Below the pieces are notes generated by a model. It did not search any database. It was not told the origin of the DNA and worked only from the letters and a program-made list of their open reading frames with translations. A stretch of 58,193 nucleotides of DNA, the filler included, from Dugesia japonica (Eukaryota), in NCBI GenBank assembly GCA_001938525.1. It is 6 parts of 6 records of this genome, joined end to end, with 100 filler letters (N's around TTAATTAATTAA, not from the genome) between each part and the next. Parts side by side here need not be neighbours in the genome. Positions count along the whole stretch, not along the records: positions 39,891 to 49,907 come from MQRL01367858.1; positions 50,008 to 58,193 come from MQRL01503583.1; 4 more parts are not named here. The stretch is one strand, 5' to 3'. Position numbers and translations under genes: made by a program. This document shows positions 39,949-52,659 of the stretch, in pieces. How positions within the stretch are numbered: the first letter of the stretch is position 1; each line of letters starts with the position of its first letter.

Positions 39949-41479
39949 TTAATAATAAAAAGAAAGTAGTTTTAATTTTAAATTTTATAAATAAATCTTT
40001 TGAACATTTTATTTAACAATGTTATAATTTTTAAAAATGAAAACTTCGAAAAATGTTCATATTAACAGTTTATTTCATTGTTTACTTTGGTAAATAAACA
40101 TTTGCTACTAAATAAAGTTTAACGTGCTCGATTTGATTTGTTATTATATTTTTGTTGAAAATTTAACAATTGAAACTTACATTGTTTTGCAATAGCTTTT
40201 TTACTAGAATACTGAATTGTTTATTTTGTTTGTTTTATTTTTAATAAATTATCAATTTTTGTAAATTTTTAAAATTTGGGAATTAATAAAGTTTTAGATA
40301 TGTTGGGAGTTTATAAAAATAAATACAAATTTATTAATTACTCTGATTCCAAAAACTCGTGTATGATTATTGAATCAAGTAATAATATTAAGAGTTATTG
40401 ATCAATAAAAGAGTTGCAAATAAAATCGACATTCATTCAAATCAATACAACACTTTACAAATACAGACAAATTCTGAGTTTACAGCGCCTGGTAAATATG
40501 ACAATATCCAAAGAGTAATTAAACAAGTTCTTGAGGTTATGTAGTAGATTGTGTTCAATTAACTCTGATCACAAAATTTAGTTATCAAAACTTTATTCAA
40601 TTTTATAATTTAATTTATATTCAATCTTCTTTGACAACGCTTCCAATTCACGTAAAATATTTTGCAAATAATCAACCAACAATTTTCTCTAATTCCTTGT
40701 TAATTTTGTAGATTTTTATTACTGGATCATAGCTTTTCCCTCTTCTCATTAATATCTTCTAAAACTTTACTAAATCTCTTTCTTTAACTATGATGTGCTC
40801 TGGTATCAGAATTTTGAATTTTTCTGTTCTTGTCAGATTTGAAAATTTTTAATTATCGTTTTTTCCATCTTTTCGTGAGACGTCAATTTAGTTTTTTTTT
40901 GACCTCGCATGTTTACTTCTTGTTTTAATTATAGCTGTTATTTTCCATTTAAAATCTTCAATTTTTGTTGCTCCCCTTCTTTCATTTAAATATAACAATT
41001 TTCTTAAAACTTTTCACCTAAACTTCTTAATTAATTAATTATATTATTTTATATTTTATATTTGCGTACATTTTATTTATTTATTTTGCGTACATTCATA
41101 TTTAAATTTCTTATTTTTCATAATTTTAAAATTTAATCAAAATCTTAATCTTACTCAACCCTAACAAAAATAATAAAAAGATACTTTTCAAATAAATAAT
41201 ATAAAAATATTGAAATATTAAATTTTTCTTCTACAAATCTTTGACTTATGATTTTAGGAATGATTTTTTGTTTAATTATTTATGAAAACTAAAGAAATAA
41301 ATATTTTAATTAATTAATTTTACAATTACAATGATTTTTGAAAGAATTGTTGGACACAACCATTGAATTGTATTTATCAAATAAAATATCCAAAATACTA
41401 AAATTAAATTTGAGTTTTTTTCTCTATTTTTATAGATTGTTAAACATTTTGACATAGTTTTCTTAAGAAACGATTGTTC

Positions 41480-44400
41480 AATTCATTTCAACCATAAAAT
41501 CCTTCGACAACTCTTCGCATATATTTGCGTGTTTTCGATTCCGGCGAATGCACATGATCTTTATCAAAAAATAAACCTAAGTCTATGTAAGGATTAGGTT
41601 CGAAAATTGTTGGCATTTAGAAGATTGTAATCACTGCAAAAATCTTGCATTGTTAGATATTTAAAACATCATTTTATGGCACCATAAAAACTGCGGAAAT
41701 TTTAATCTTTTAAATTCAATTCATGATGCAGCTTTTATACCACAAGAAATGTTTCAATCGGTGGTTGAGCAACAAATGCCAATAAATTTAATAGTAGGAC
41801 TAAATATTGAACAGAAAGTTGCTTTTAATGAAATACAAATGCTATAAAAAATGAAGATCAGTCAGAAAGATGTTTATTTCTTGAAGGCCTTGGTGGTTGC
41901 GGAGAAACATATGTCTATAAAACTCTATTAAGTTCAGTGTGTGGTGCTAAGGAAATCACATTATTAGTTGCATCTAAAGGAATTGCAGCAATTTACTACA
42001 AGGTAGAAGAACTTATCATTCTCAGTTTAAACTACCTGTATCTTTGTTAGATATCTCAACATCGTCAATGCGATTGAAAACTTTAGCTGCAGAAGTTATT
42101 ATAGAGTTGAAGGTTATAATCTGGGATGAGTCTACGATTGTACTCAGCACAGCATTGAAAGTTATAGATAAGCTGTTAAAAGAGATAATGAAAATTTCGA
42201 AACCAGTTGGTTGTAAAACATTGCTTATTGGTGGAGATTTTGTCAAACACTCCCTGTAGTACCTCATGGAATTCTAATTGCAATTGTAGAAGCAAGCATA
42301 AAGTTTATAGAAAATTGGAAAAAGTTTGAAGTCTTGAAACTAAAAAATAACATCCTGTCAGTAGATCACGAGTTTAGTTTATGGTTAGTTTAATTAGGTA
42401 ATGGCAAATTAAATAACAATTATGGGTTTCCTGATAATATAATGGAAATTACTCAAATTATGATATTCAAGGATTCTTCAATTAAAGAAATCTTTGGAGA
42501 TAGATTAACCATTGAGATATTGAACGTTATTCTAGCGGAGTTATACTATGTTATAAAATCTCGGAAGTTGATGAAATCAATCAGAACGTGTTGGATATAC
42601 TTGAAGAGGAATAAATAACTTATCTTAGTGCAGATTCTATTGATGATGCAAATGATGAAGATAAGCAAAATTACTCTGTTGAACTTCTAAATGAACCTCT
42701 GGAATGCCATAACATAAAGGTCTGGTGACACTTAATCACGTAGACACTTAATCACGCGACACTTAATCACGCATCACTTAATCACCGACATTTAATCACG
42801 TAGACACTTAATAAATAAAATTGAACAAAATAAGCATCTATTTTCATTATTAATTTATTAAATTATCATTGTGATTTAATTTAATCCCTGAAATTAAATC
42901 ACGTTTATTAATTTTGATTATGTAATATTTAATTAGCTATAAATATACTCATTAACGTATTTAAAGGGCTAAAATGACTGATAAAATTAGTTTTGGCACT
43001 ACTACAAAAGGTAAAGTGTCTGTTTTGCATAAGCAATATGAATTTATTAGGCATCGGTAATATGAAAATGGTAATATTCAATGGCGTTGTAAACGTTACC
43101 AGATCTACAAATGTCAAGCCCGTTTAACAACAGAAAAAGATAAAATCGTGAGTGATTGTGATTCTCAGCATAATCATGATGATAATAAAAATAATTTTTT
43201 GGTCAAGCAATATGTTGCTAAAATGAAAGACAAAATGGATGAAATATCGACTACAACAACTGCAGTGATAGGTTCTGTAGGTATGGATGTTCTTTTAGCT
43301 TTACCAAAAAACGATTCTCTTAAGCGAACTTTGTAGCGAAAATACCAAAAGATACAGTCGGAGTCAGGATTGAGATATCTTCTTAGACCTCCAAAAGATA
43401 TGACATTCAATACATGAAGAATTTCAAAATATGATTTTATATGATTCAGGGTCTGGGCCTGGTCGGCTTTGATAATGGGAATTGACGAATTGTTGGATGG
43501 ATTGGCAAGAGCTAAACTATGATTGGCAGACGGAGCATATAAAGTAGTGCCTTCTATATTTTTTCAGCTATATCCTATACATTTTCAACTTGTTTCTGGT
43601 ATAAATCCTACTGCAATTTACTGTCTGTTTCAAACAAAAACACGTGCTATTTATGATCGCATCATAATGGCAGTTAAACAAATGATTTCGCTAACTTCAC
43701 CAGATAGAATACTGCTCGATTTTAAAGTGCTGCAATAAGTGCCTTTAGAGAGCTTTTCCAAATGCAAATGTCATGGGCTGCTATTTTCATCTTACGCAAA
43801 GTATAAAGCGGAAAGTAAATGAAATTTGCATGAAAGTTGATTATAAAAGCAGCGACTGTTTGCGAAAAGCCGTTCACTGCTTATCTGCTTTGGCTATGGT
43901 TCCATCAGCAGATGTTATTAATGCTTTTTTAATATTAGCTGAAAACATGCCAGAGCACGATAAGATGCCTGAGCTATTGTTCTATTTTGAACACATTTAT
44001 ATTCGAGGTAGAAGGCGACCAGGACGTACTGAATATTATGGTTCAGCGCTCTTTCCAATAGAAAGCTGGAATCATTATGAAACTGCATTTGAAGGAATAG
44101 CCAGAACAAAGAACTCCGTAGAAAGTTGGCATTAATGATTACAGATACTTTTTCAATGCCATCATCCTACATAAGTGACTTTTATAAAAGGAATCGCAAA
44201 GGATATGTAAATGAAACGAACAGCATTTCTATATGGTATACATGGTGTGCAACTCAATGTATCCAAAAGATACAAGTTAATGAAACNGAGATTAAAAAAT
44301 AAAGTTGATAGATATTCGTCGAGTGAAATTTTAGTTAAGTATTTTAGAGGGTCGAGTGATTAACTGTCGAGTGATTAAATATCGGGGATTAAGTGTCTAG

Positions 44401-45066
44401 TGATTAAATGTCGGTGATTAAGTGTCGCGTGATTAAATGCCGCGTGATTAAATATCGTCATGTAAGTGATTAAGTGTCGCGTGATTAAATTTCCGTACAC
44501 CAACATAAACTAGTTTTAAAAATGGGTTGCTTAATAATGTTATTAAGAAATCTTAATACTAAACGAAGACTTTGTAATGTAACTCGATTAATATCTAGAT
44601 ATTCAAAATCAAATTTAATTATTGCAGAAATTTTGAATAGGGCAAATGAAAAGAAATTGTATTTATTCCTAAAATAGATTTAATCCCAATGAACACANAA
44701 CTGCCCTTTGTTCTCAGAAGAAGACAGTTTCTAGTTAAACCGATGTTTGCCATGACAATTAACAAATCACAATATAAAACTTTAATTATGGTTGGTATTT
44801 ATTTACCAGAACCTGATTTTAGTCATGGACAGTTATTTGTGGCTATTTCTTGAGCACGTCGTGCTTGCGGAACCATAATCAAAATTTTTGACTTAATATA
44901 TCAAGGACATTTGATTGTAGAATTTGGGTGTGTTTTTACAAAAAATTTAGTTTAAAAGGAGATATTTACTTTTCAGTTGATAGTTGATAATAAATGATTT
45001 TTCAGATTTAAATTTTTGTGTTTTCTTTCTTTTTTATGTCTGTCATCCGACAGGCTTTGCTGCTAG
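41480..45066 (+). mobile_element. Helitron 3' part (PIF1-like helicase pseudogene) with intact 3' terminus, split by a MULE
   Basis: LRQLFAYICVF, FLEGLGGCGET (decayed Walker A), IIWDE, GGDF/QTLPV, SGMP*HK|LVLKMGCLIMLLRNL, RRRQF..FAMTINKSQ, FSHGQLFVAIS; hairpin CTGTC-ATCC-GACAG then CTAG|T at 45063-45067. Confidence 0.93.
42719..44501 (+). mobile_element. Full-length decayed MULE with repeat-built TIRs
   Basis: TIRs of GACACTTAATCACG repeats, TSD AACATAAA (42711-42718, 44502-44509; possibly 9 bp with one mismatch); transposase from ATG 42974: WRC....C.ARL..HNH finger, ADGAYKVVPSIFFQLY, GCYFHLTQS, RTKNSVESWH. Confidence 0.93.
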
Positions 45067-46388
45067 TTAATATATAAATAACAATATTAATAAATAAATT
45101 AACCATATTAATATACGAATTAACAGATCTTTATAGGTTTCATGATTTAATTAATATTTTCTTTAATACTAAATTTTTTCATTTAATATTTAACATTTTA
45201 GAAATTATCAAGAAAAGTTTTTGTAATTTTTTTTACAAAAGTATTTGACGATTTAATCAAATTAATTACAGCTGTTAAATGTAAATCGACATTTTAGTAT
45301 TAAGTATAAAAGTGAAATTTATTTATTCNNNNNNNNNNNNNNNNNNNNNNNNNNNNNNNNNNNNNNNNNNNNNNNNNNNNNNNNNNNNNNNNNNNNNNNN
45401 NNNNNNNNNNNNNNNNNNNNNNNNNNNNNNNNNNNNNNNNNNNNNNNNNNNNNNNNNNNNNNNNNNTCATTAAAATTATTTTTTCTTAACAATATATGGT
45501 AACAGAATTCATGTGAAATTGAATATTTTAAATCTATGCTCGATTTCTATTGGGCCAAACTAAAACTATTTAAGATAGGCTAATATTGATGAAAAAGAAT
45601 TTGTAATAGGATTTGGCTCTACTTTTATGTAAATTGATAATGATAAATTATTGGTGATCATAGATTTCTTTATTTATTTTTTTNNNNNATTATTTTAAAA
45701 AACGGATTTTAATTTGTTGTATATTGAGCTGAAATTTATTAAAATTAAATTGAAAATATTATAAATGAAATTAAAATATGTGTGTAATAAATATTTAATT
45801 TAATTTTTATTATAAATCAATTAATTGCTTTTAATAATTTGTAATCAAATAAAAAAATTAAGATTCCGGTTCAATTACGATTTTTTTTAATNNNNNNNNN
45901 NNNNNNNNNNNNNNTTTAATTGTTCTAAATTCTTCGATGAGTGTCACAGACTCATTTAACATTTTTCGTTATATAATTTTTATCTATTTCATTATTATCT
46001 TGCTTTGTTCTTTTTCTTAATTAGATAACACTAATTAAGTAGAGATTTTCCAATTAAATACAGTATTATAATTTTTATTACTAAAAATTACTTATTAAAT
46101 GACCCATGAGTTTTTATTTTTGTTTCAATTCTCAATATCAAAAGTAAATCCTTTAAGTACGCTATCTCAAGGCTTTTCAACAAATTTTATATCAGTATAT
46201 AATTAAAATTTTTAACTAATAATTATTAATTCGTAAACATAATAAAAATATGAATTGAGTAAGTGATAGAATAAAACAAATTGAATAAAACTTTAAATTC
46301 AAATGATATTGTTTAAAAAAAATTTTTGTTATTTATATAAAAAGAAAATATTAAAGTGATTTCATCAATATTTTATGATATATTTTAG

Positions 46389-47058
46389 GTGTGTATGGTG
46401 ACGTTTGTAGAGTATGTATATCCCCACCGTCTACAGGAAGTGCTCTGGTTCATATGCAAACTAACAGCCAAGCTGAACTAGGTAATTTCGATACGAAATT
46501 GTTTCAAACATTTTATATTTATTCAGCCTGCCGACATCTCAACTCAGTGCCTCTTTTTGGAAAAATTATTTCAACATATCTTCTTCCTGTAGAAATGGTT
46601 GCACAAACCGTTTTTAATACCGAACTCAACTCAGATGTAGACGTGAAAAACTTTACAAATACTCCACTTCATCGATTTAAAAAACCGAATTCGAAAAACC
46701 ATTTCAACATCTATCCACCGAGTTCTGTTCTTCATTTAAGCAACATTCCGTTAACATTTAAAGAAGAAGATTTAATGTCACTATTTATTATCAATGGATT
46801 TCAATGTTGCAGCCTGAAAATATTCCAGTTTATATATATTTTTTGATTTTAAAATAATTTTTTAATATAAATTTAGAAAAGACAAAAAAATGGCATTAGC
46901 TAAATTACCATCATTAGAAGAAGCTATTTCTGCTTTAATTGTTAGTTTTATTTGTTTAATTACAATGTTTTTTTTATTTTCGAATTCAGACACTTCATAA
47001 CTGGAAATTGACAGACAGCTCACATCTTCGTGTTAGTTTCAGTAAGGCCTTAATATAG
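46389..47058 (+). CDS. PTBP: Polypyrimidine tract-binding protein, 3' exons (RRM3-RRM4): 46389-46481, 46527-46827, 46877-46940, 46990-47058
   Basis: Spliced product GVYGDV..PLHRFKKPNSKNHFNIYPPSSVLHLSNIP..FQKDKKMAL..EEAISALITLHN..HLRVSFSKALI* matches PTB; GT-AG introns of 45, 49 and 49 nt keep the frame. Confidence 0.93.
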
Positions 47059-47331
47059 AGTTTAGTAAATTTGGAGATTGATGAAAATAATAAAATATTA
47101 TGTTTATGTTTATTTGAGTTATAACTGGAAAGATTGACAGTGATTATACGAAATTTTTGTCCGGATCTTCCCACACTACAATTGTTTATTTAATACAATA
47201 AAAATGATATTTGCTATTTTTAATTGTTCCCATAATAATTCAATAAGTTTTCCTTTAATAAATAAAACGTAATCAAAAAATTATTAATTATCATTTTTGT
47301 ACTGACTATGATTATATTTTCTTTTTTTGTA

Positions 47332-47872
47332 CAGTCAAAACCTCTCTAATGTCCCACTTTGTATAATCCCACCTTCATTATAAACAATAAATTTTATAAT
47401 CTCAAATTGTTTTCATTATAATTTATCTCTCTACAGCAGAGGTCTCAAACTCAAATTATCTCTCGGGCTGCATTAGACCAAATTTGTTAGTCAGCGGGCT
47501 GCAGTAATACTGTAAAGCATTTTGTTTGTACTTTTTACATTATTTCATAAGTCAAAAAATCCATAATCTAAATTTGACATATCTTAGATATTATTCATGC
47601 TTAACTACCGTAGTTGCCTAATGGTGGTATATCAAAAATAAATGTACGAATTTTGTTTAATAATAGTAAAAAAGAGTATAATTAAAAAAATGTTAAGCGA
47701 ATTCTATTTATCTTATTTTTATTCTGCTTCAGTTTGTTATTTTCTTCAGCGTTGCGATCTAAATGACATATACAATGCAGATGAAACTGTCTTGTTTTAT
47801 CAAATGTTACCAAACAAGACTTTTAGCATGAAATATGGAAAATGCAATTGTTCCAATCCGTCAAAGATATGA
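47332..47872 (+). mobile_element. pogo/Tigger remnant with nested hAT-like end
   Basis: TA|CAGTCAAAACCTC start; CAGAGGTCTCAAACTCAA..GGGCTGCA hAT-like end near 47437; DIYNADETVLFYQMLPNKT DDE motif near 47760-47820. Confidence 0.65.
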
Positions 47873-48123
47873 GTCAGATACGATGTTAATTCAGATAAAA
47901 ATACAAGTGATGATGAAACAGAACTTTCCATATGTTTAAAATATGCTGCTGTGGCCTACCAAACATTGGACAAATTCCGTTATTCCCTAAGCAGTAAATT
48001 GAGTTTAGATGACTACTTTGATTCAAAACAATTTTATGTCGCTTATACGATAATAGGAAAAAGGTTGGTAAAAGCATTGATCACAAAACTTTTTTCAAAT
48101 AATAAATCAGTGATCATGACAGT

Positions 48124-48536
48124 CAGGAACGCACCCAGGTTTTTCACTTGGGGGGGAGCTCAAAAAAAGAAAACAATAATAATAATAATAANNNNNNNNN
48201 NNNNNNNNNNNNNNNNNNNNNNNNNNNNNNNNNNNNNNACTTAACCATTGATTGCATTTGAGATTTCATTAAAATAAAGAAAAAGCTTCAATCAAAATAA
48301 AAAAAATTTTACAAATACATTTTATTTTGATCGAAGCTTTTTCTTTATTTTAATAAGAGTCGAGTTCAGTTTAAATATTTTTGATATATACATGATTAAA
48401 ATATTTTATATTCATTTTGGATAGAAAGGTTGACAAATCTAACCCATTTAATCGATTTTCGTCTATTTTGGAGCACAAATTTTTATGGGTTTTGGGGGAG
48501 GCTCAAGCCTGCAAGCTCTCCCTGGATGCGCGCCTG
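48124..48536. mobile_element. hAT-type MITE
   Basis: TIRs CAGGAACGCACCCAGG / CCTGGATGCGCGCCTG; exact 8-bp TSD ATGACAGT (48116-48123, 48537-48544). Confidence 0.85.
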
Positions 48537-48719
48537 ATGACAGTAACATTTACTGTTTTTTTTATTTTAAATAGCAACTTATCAAAACATCGCCATTTAA
48601 TTTAAGACAATTTGTATGAATTCCTAACAATTACATAAAAATAATGAATTGTTATTAATAATATTAGCAAAATATATAAATTACTTTTTTAGAAATTTAC
48701 ATGCCTCATAAAACACTAT

Positions 48720-49170
48720 CAAACCTTATAAAAGGGTAGTGGAGATTCCCACATAATATAGAGATTACTATTGAAAATGATCGAACACCTTTCGAATCTT
48801 TTAAGGATCTCGTCAGCGACTTTAGACTGATTAAAACATCTGGTCTCTTCCCTTTGCAGACATTCGATGCTTATAAAAGTTCCCTTCACTCCAGAATAAT
48901 TTACGTTTCGTACTAGATAAATTAGTGTCCGCGCTCTTCGCTTTAACTCGAAATCTATTTCTTATGGTGACCAATCTATTGCTATTTATAATCAACTAAG
49001 AAAAATCTTTAAGGATATTCTTTTTCCACTTCTTACAGCTCCTAATGAATACATATATGGAGCCTCANAGCGTGGCTGTGCCGGTATCACTTCATTAGAG
49101 AATGAAAAAGATATCCAAAACATCATTAGTACTTTTAATATGCTTTTTTCTGCTGTCAAGATTAAACCAG
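48720..49170 (+). mobile_element. R2-clade (NeSL/Utopia-like) non-LTR retrotransposon fragment, post-RT thumb/linker region
   Basis: LIKTSGLFPLQTFDAYKSSLHSRIIY and LRKIFKDILFPLLTAPNEYIYGASxRGCAGITSLENEKDIQNIISTFNMLFS. Confidence 0.65.
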
Positions 49171-49907
49171 AGTAGATTTTCTCGAAAAGAAATCACAATT
49201 TGTGATCCAAATAAATGTTACAAAATATACTGTAGTACATTAAAATACAAAATATTTGATACAAGATAATTCTTTTCAAAGATTTCTATGAATAATCTCT
49301 GTAAAGTCACACTCTTCTTACAGATACATTATTTGTATAATTCGGTTAATGTAGTGATTAAACAGAAGTTCAACTGCATTTCGAAAACTCCTTGAGGAAA
49401 CCTCCATGAATTATAATTTATTGAATTTTCAATTATTCATAATAATAATTTTCTTAAACCGGTTTTCAAATTGATTTCTAAATTGAAAATTTTTGAACAA
49501 TCAATTTAGTTTATATTTAATAACTACGAAATTCGAATAAAAATCAAAATATCTAATGATTCTTATTTTAAAAATATAATTCAGAAAAAAATTGTTATTA
49601 ATAAATTTTGTTAATGATACCTCATAAACTGAAAAGAAGCGCTTAATCAAAATTCTAATATCCATTTTGTTTAATTGATATCAATTTACATATTTTAAAT
49701 TTATANGATCTAAANTAGAAATTAATTTTCCTTTTTTTAAAAGTAAATGGTGATTTTTTTTTAGACTGAATTATTTTAATACCTGCTTTAAATTATAATG
49801 AAAATAAAGTTAAAATTTTCTTTTGGTTGAATATTTTAAATATTCTTTTAAATATTTTTGTTAAATATTTTATTAATACAAAATAATAATGTTGGGATAA
49901 AACCCAA

Positions 49908-50007
49908 NNNNNNNNNNNNNNNNNNNNNNNNNNNNNNNNNNNNNNNNNNNNTTAATTAATTAANNNNNNNNNNNNNNNNNNNNNNNNNNNNNNNNNNNNN
50001 NNNNNNN
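49908..50007. other. Artificial scaffold spacer
   Basis: N-run + TTAATTAATTAA (49952-49963) + N-run. Confidence 0.96.
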
Positions 50008-51485
50008 TAACAAAAATGTTAATGACAAGCAAGTATTATGCGCTAATGGCAGTGCCCTAAATATTATAGATAAGGTAGATAAAAATATTGAATTTAATTG
50101 GAAGAAGTGTACTAGCAAAATCTTTATTGCTGAAGAGATTTATCTCCTTATAATTATAGGAATAGATATTTTAAATTCTCTACAAATAAAATTAAAATAA
50201 AAAGATAATATAAATCCCAGCGTTTTAAATTTACAAGCTAAGTTTTCAACAAATAATATAAGTATGAAAAGTAGTGAGCAATTAATTAAAAAATTAAAAT
50301 TAAATGACGATAATAGTATTCATGATATTATTCTCAGATATATTGAAATTTTTATGAGCAATAAATTGGATATTGGTAAAACAGACATTTTAAAACATAA
50401 AATAGAAACCGATTGCAAACCTATATTAATGAAAGCTAGAAGGCAGCCGATGCACTATGAAGAAAGAATAGTAGAAATTATAAATAATTTAGAAGTAAAT
50501 GGTATTATAAAAAAGTGTGAATCCCCATGGAACTCTCCAATTGTATGCGTTAAAAAAATAATTAAATGAAATAAGAATGTGCTTAGATTTCAGATTATTA
50601 AATAAATACACGCTTAGACCTGCTTTTCCAATTCCAAATATTTAGAACATGCTTGATTCGTTATATGGGGCACAGTATTTTTCATCCATAGACTTAGGAA
50701 ATGCATACTATCAGGTGGAGTTGGAAGAAGATAGTAAGTTAAAGACGGCATTTTTGACTAANATGTGACAATNNTGTTTTAACCGAATCTCATTTAGTAT
50801 TGCTGCTGCGTTTAAAAGTCTAAAAGAAAGTCTCACAAAAAACCAATATTAAGAAATCCAAATTGTCAGAAAACATTTATTTTAGATACAGATGCAAGTT
50901 TTGATTCAATAGGCGCAGTTTTATCACAACATGATAAATATAGAAAAGAAGTCATCATTGCATATGGATCGAAAAGCATGAATAAACATGAAATTGGATA
51001 CTGCATAACTAGGAAGGAAGTTCGTTATATGGGGCAGACCATATGGCAATCAACTTTATGATGACAACAAAAAAACCAATAACATCTCAATTTCAAAACT
51101 GGATAAATTTCTTAACTAGTTTGGATTTGATTCTAGAATATCGTAAAGGTGAATCACACAATAACGCTGATGCCCTATCAAGGTTAAATATAGAAGATCT
51201 CAAACAAAGCCAGATGGCCCACCAAGATCCGAAAACAGAAAGAATAAAGACAAAGATTTTGGCAATTGAAGATATCAAAATGAATATAAATGGCAAAGCA
51301 AATGTAAGGAAATTGATTCAATAATATCAAGAATCAAAAACAAACAAGAAAGTAAATTATATATGGATAAAACATAATTTTTAGTCAGAAAAATAAAATA
51401 TATCTCCGAAGAAATAAAACAAGAGTTTGTTTTAGAAACACACAAAGAGCTGTGTCATACCGGGACTAATAAACTCATCAAGTAA
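50008..51485 (+). mobile_element. Ty3/gypsy pol pseudogene with internal deletions
   Basis: Protease tail IIIGIDIL, DIGKTDILKHKIET, SPWNSPIVCVKK, RMCLDFRLLN, IDLGNAYYQV, jump to LDTDASFDSIGAVLSQ (YxDD region deleted), NADALSR, HKELCHTG. Confidence 0.92.
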
Positions 51486-51509
51486 TTATATGTAAGGTAT
51501 GTTGATTTA

Positions 51510-51830
51510 TTTGTTTTAGTCCCATATTATTATAATTATACTACAACATATATGCAATCTATAAATAGAAATATGGCATATTTGGATAAGAATACGAATT
51601 GGGGAATAACACCTCAAGATTTTAAGGATAATTATCATTTCTTTACATTTGTTTTTGTTTCAGATTTTCATATAAATCAGAGTCAATTACTTCAACAAAA
51701 ATATTTGAGATTGGATATCAACTTTACCAAAGCTTTAACAACACCAGCATATGTTATTATTTATTTAGTATTTGAAAATAAAATGCAGATTAAAGAAAAC
51801 GGAACAGTATTAGTGGAATTAGTAGTGTAA
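51510..51830 (+). pseudogene. Polinton double jelly-roll major capsid protein, C-terminal fragment
   Basis: GITPQDFKDNYHFFTFVFVSD..LRLDINFTKALTTPAYVIIYLVFENKMQIKENGTV fits the MCP pattern I...DF..GY..F.FDL..D..LRL.I.F..AL......IVY..FEN.I.I...R.V. Confidence 0.75.
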
Positions 51831-52289
51831 TTTTTTTAAAAAAACACATGCTCGAATTTGATTGGTTTGAGTTGAAAACCCTAGTTAAGTTTATTATTCT
51901 TTATAACAATTTCAAATTACTTTTAGAAAACCAGTTAACAATTCAAGAGAGCTTAAAGTAACTTATTATTAACATTATTAACTTTTACTGTTTTTTAGAT
52001 ATCATGAATGACTATAAACTAAATCGAAGATGGTTCACATCACCTATGAATACCGTAAGATTGTTATTACTTATTATTAATAAATTAATTATATAATTTA
52101 GAAATCAAATATTAGTGAAATGAAACAAGACAAAATACAAAAAGGACAAGGATCGTGAATATTCGCGAATGCAAATTCACGTTAGTTTTTTAATTTTTTA
52201 TGTGGTTTTAATATGTTTTATAAGTTACATTTTATAAGTGATATTTTATTAACATTTTCTCTTTAAAAACAACTATTATTACGCTATTT

Positions 52290-52430
52290 TATTATGTTCT
52301 ATGATCTATGTTATTATGAATAAGAATAAATATTCTATGCTCTATGTTATTATAAATAAGAAGAAATGTTATATGCTCTATGTTATTATGAAGAAAAAAT
52401 GTTCTATGTCGTATAAAAGGGTTCTATGCT
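52290..52430 (+). repeat. ~35-bp tandem repeat (about 3 copies)
   Basis: TGTTCTATG(A/C)TCTATGTTATTATGAATAAGAA units. Confidence 0.8.
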
Positions 52431-52659
52431 TTTCATTTTTTTAAAAGAAAAAGGTTATTAAAATCGACAAAGAATACTGTGGATGATGGAGGTATTATAG
52501 AATCTGATTTGTATAGCTGTTATAGAATACTTAAAACAAATGTTTCAAAATGGAATTGTTGTGAAATAATTTTACCAGGAGCAATAGTAAGTAGATAGAT
52601 AGTAGCGGGAAACCTCTGCACACATGCAGTACTCCCCCCCGCCCCCTATACGTAATCGG

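Noticed and set aside
42725-42812. GACACTTAATCACG array as a CRISPR-like repeat
   Set aside because: No unique spacers; mirrored at 44350-44490 as the MULE TIR.
10087-49963. Regularly spaced TTAATTAATTAA palindromes as a biological repeat system
   Set aside because: Always embedded in N-runs of near-fixed length; an assembly linker.
51440-51830. Functional gypsy integrase-capsid fusion protein
   Set aside because: Same frame but separated by a TAA, and both parts are truncated; a chance junction is more likely.
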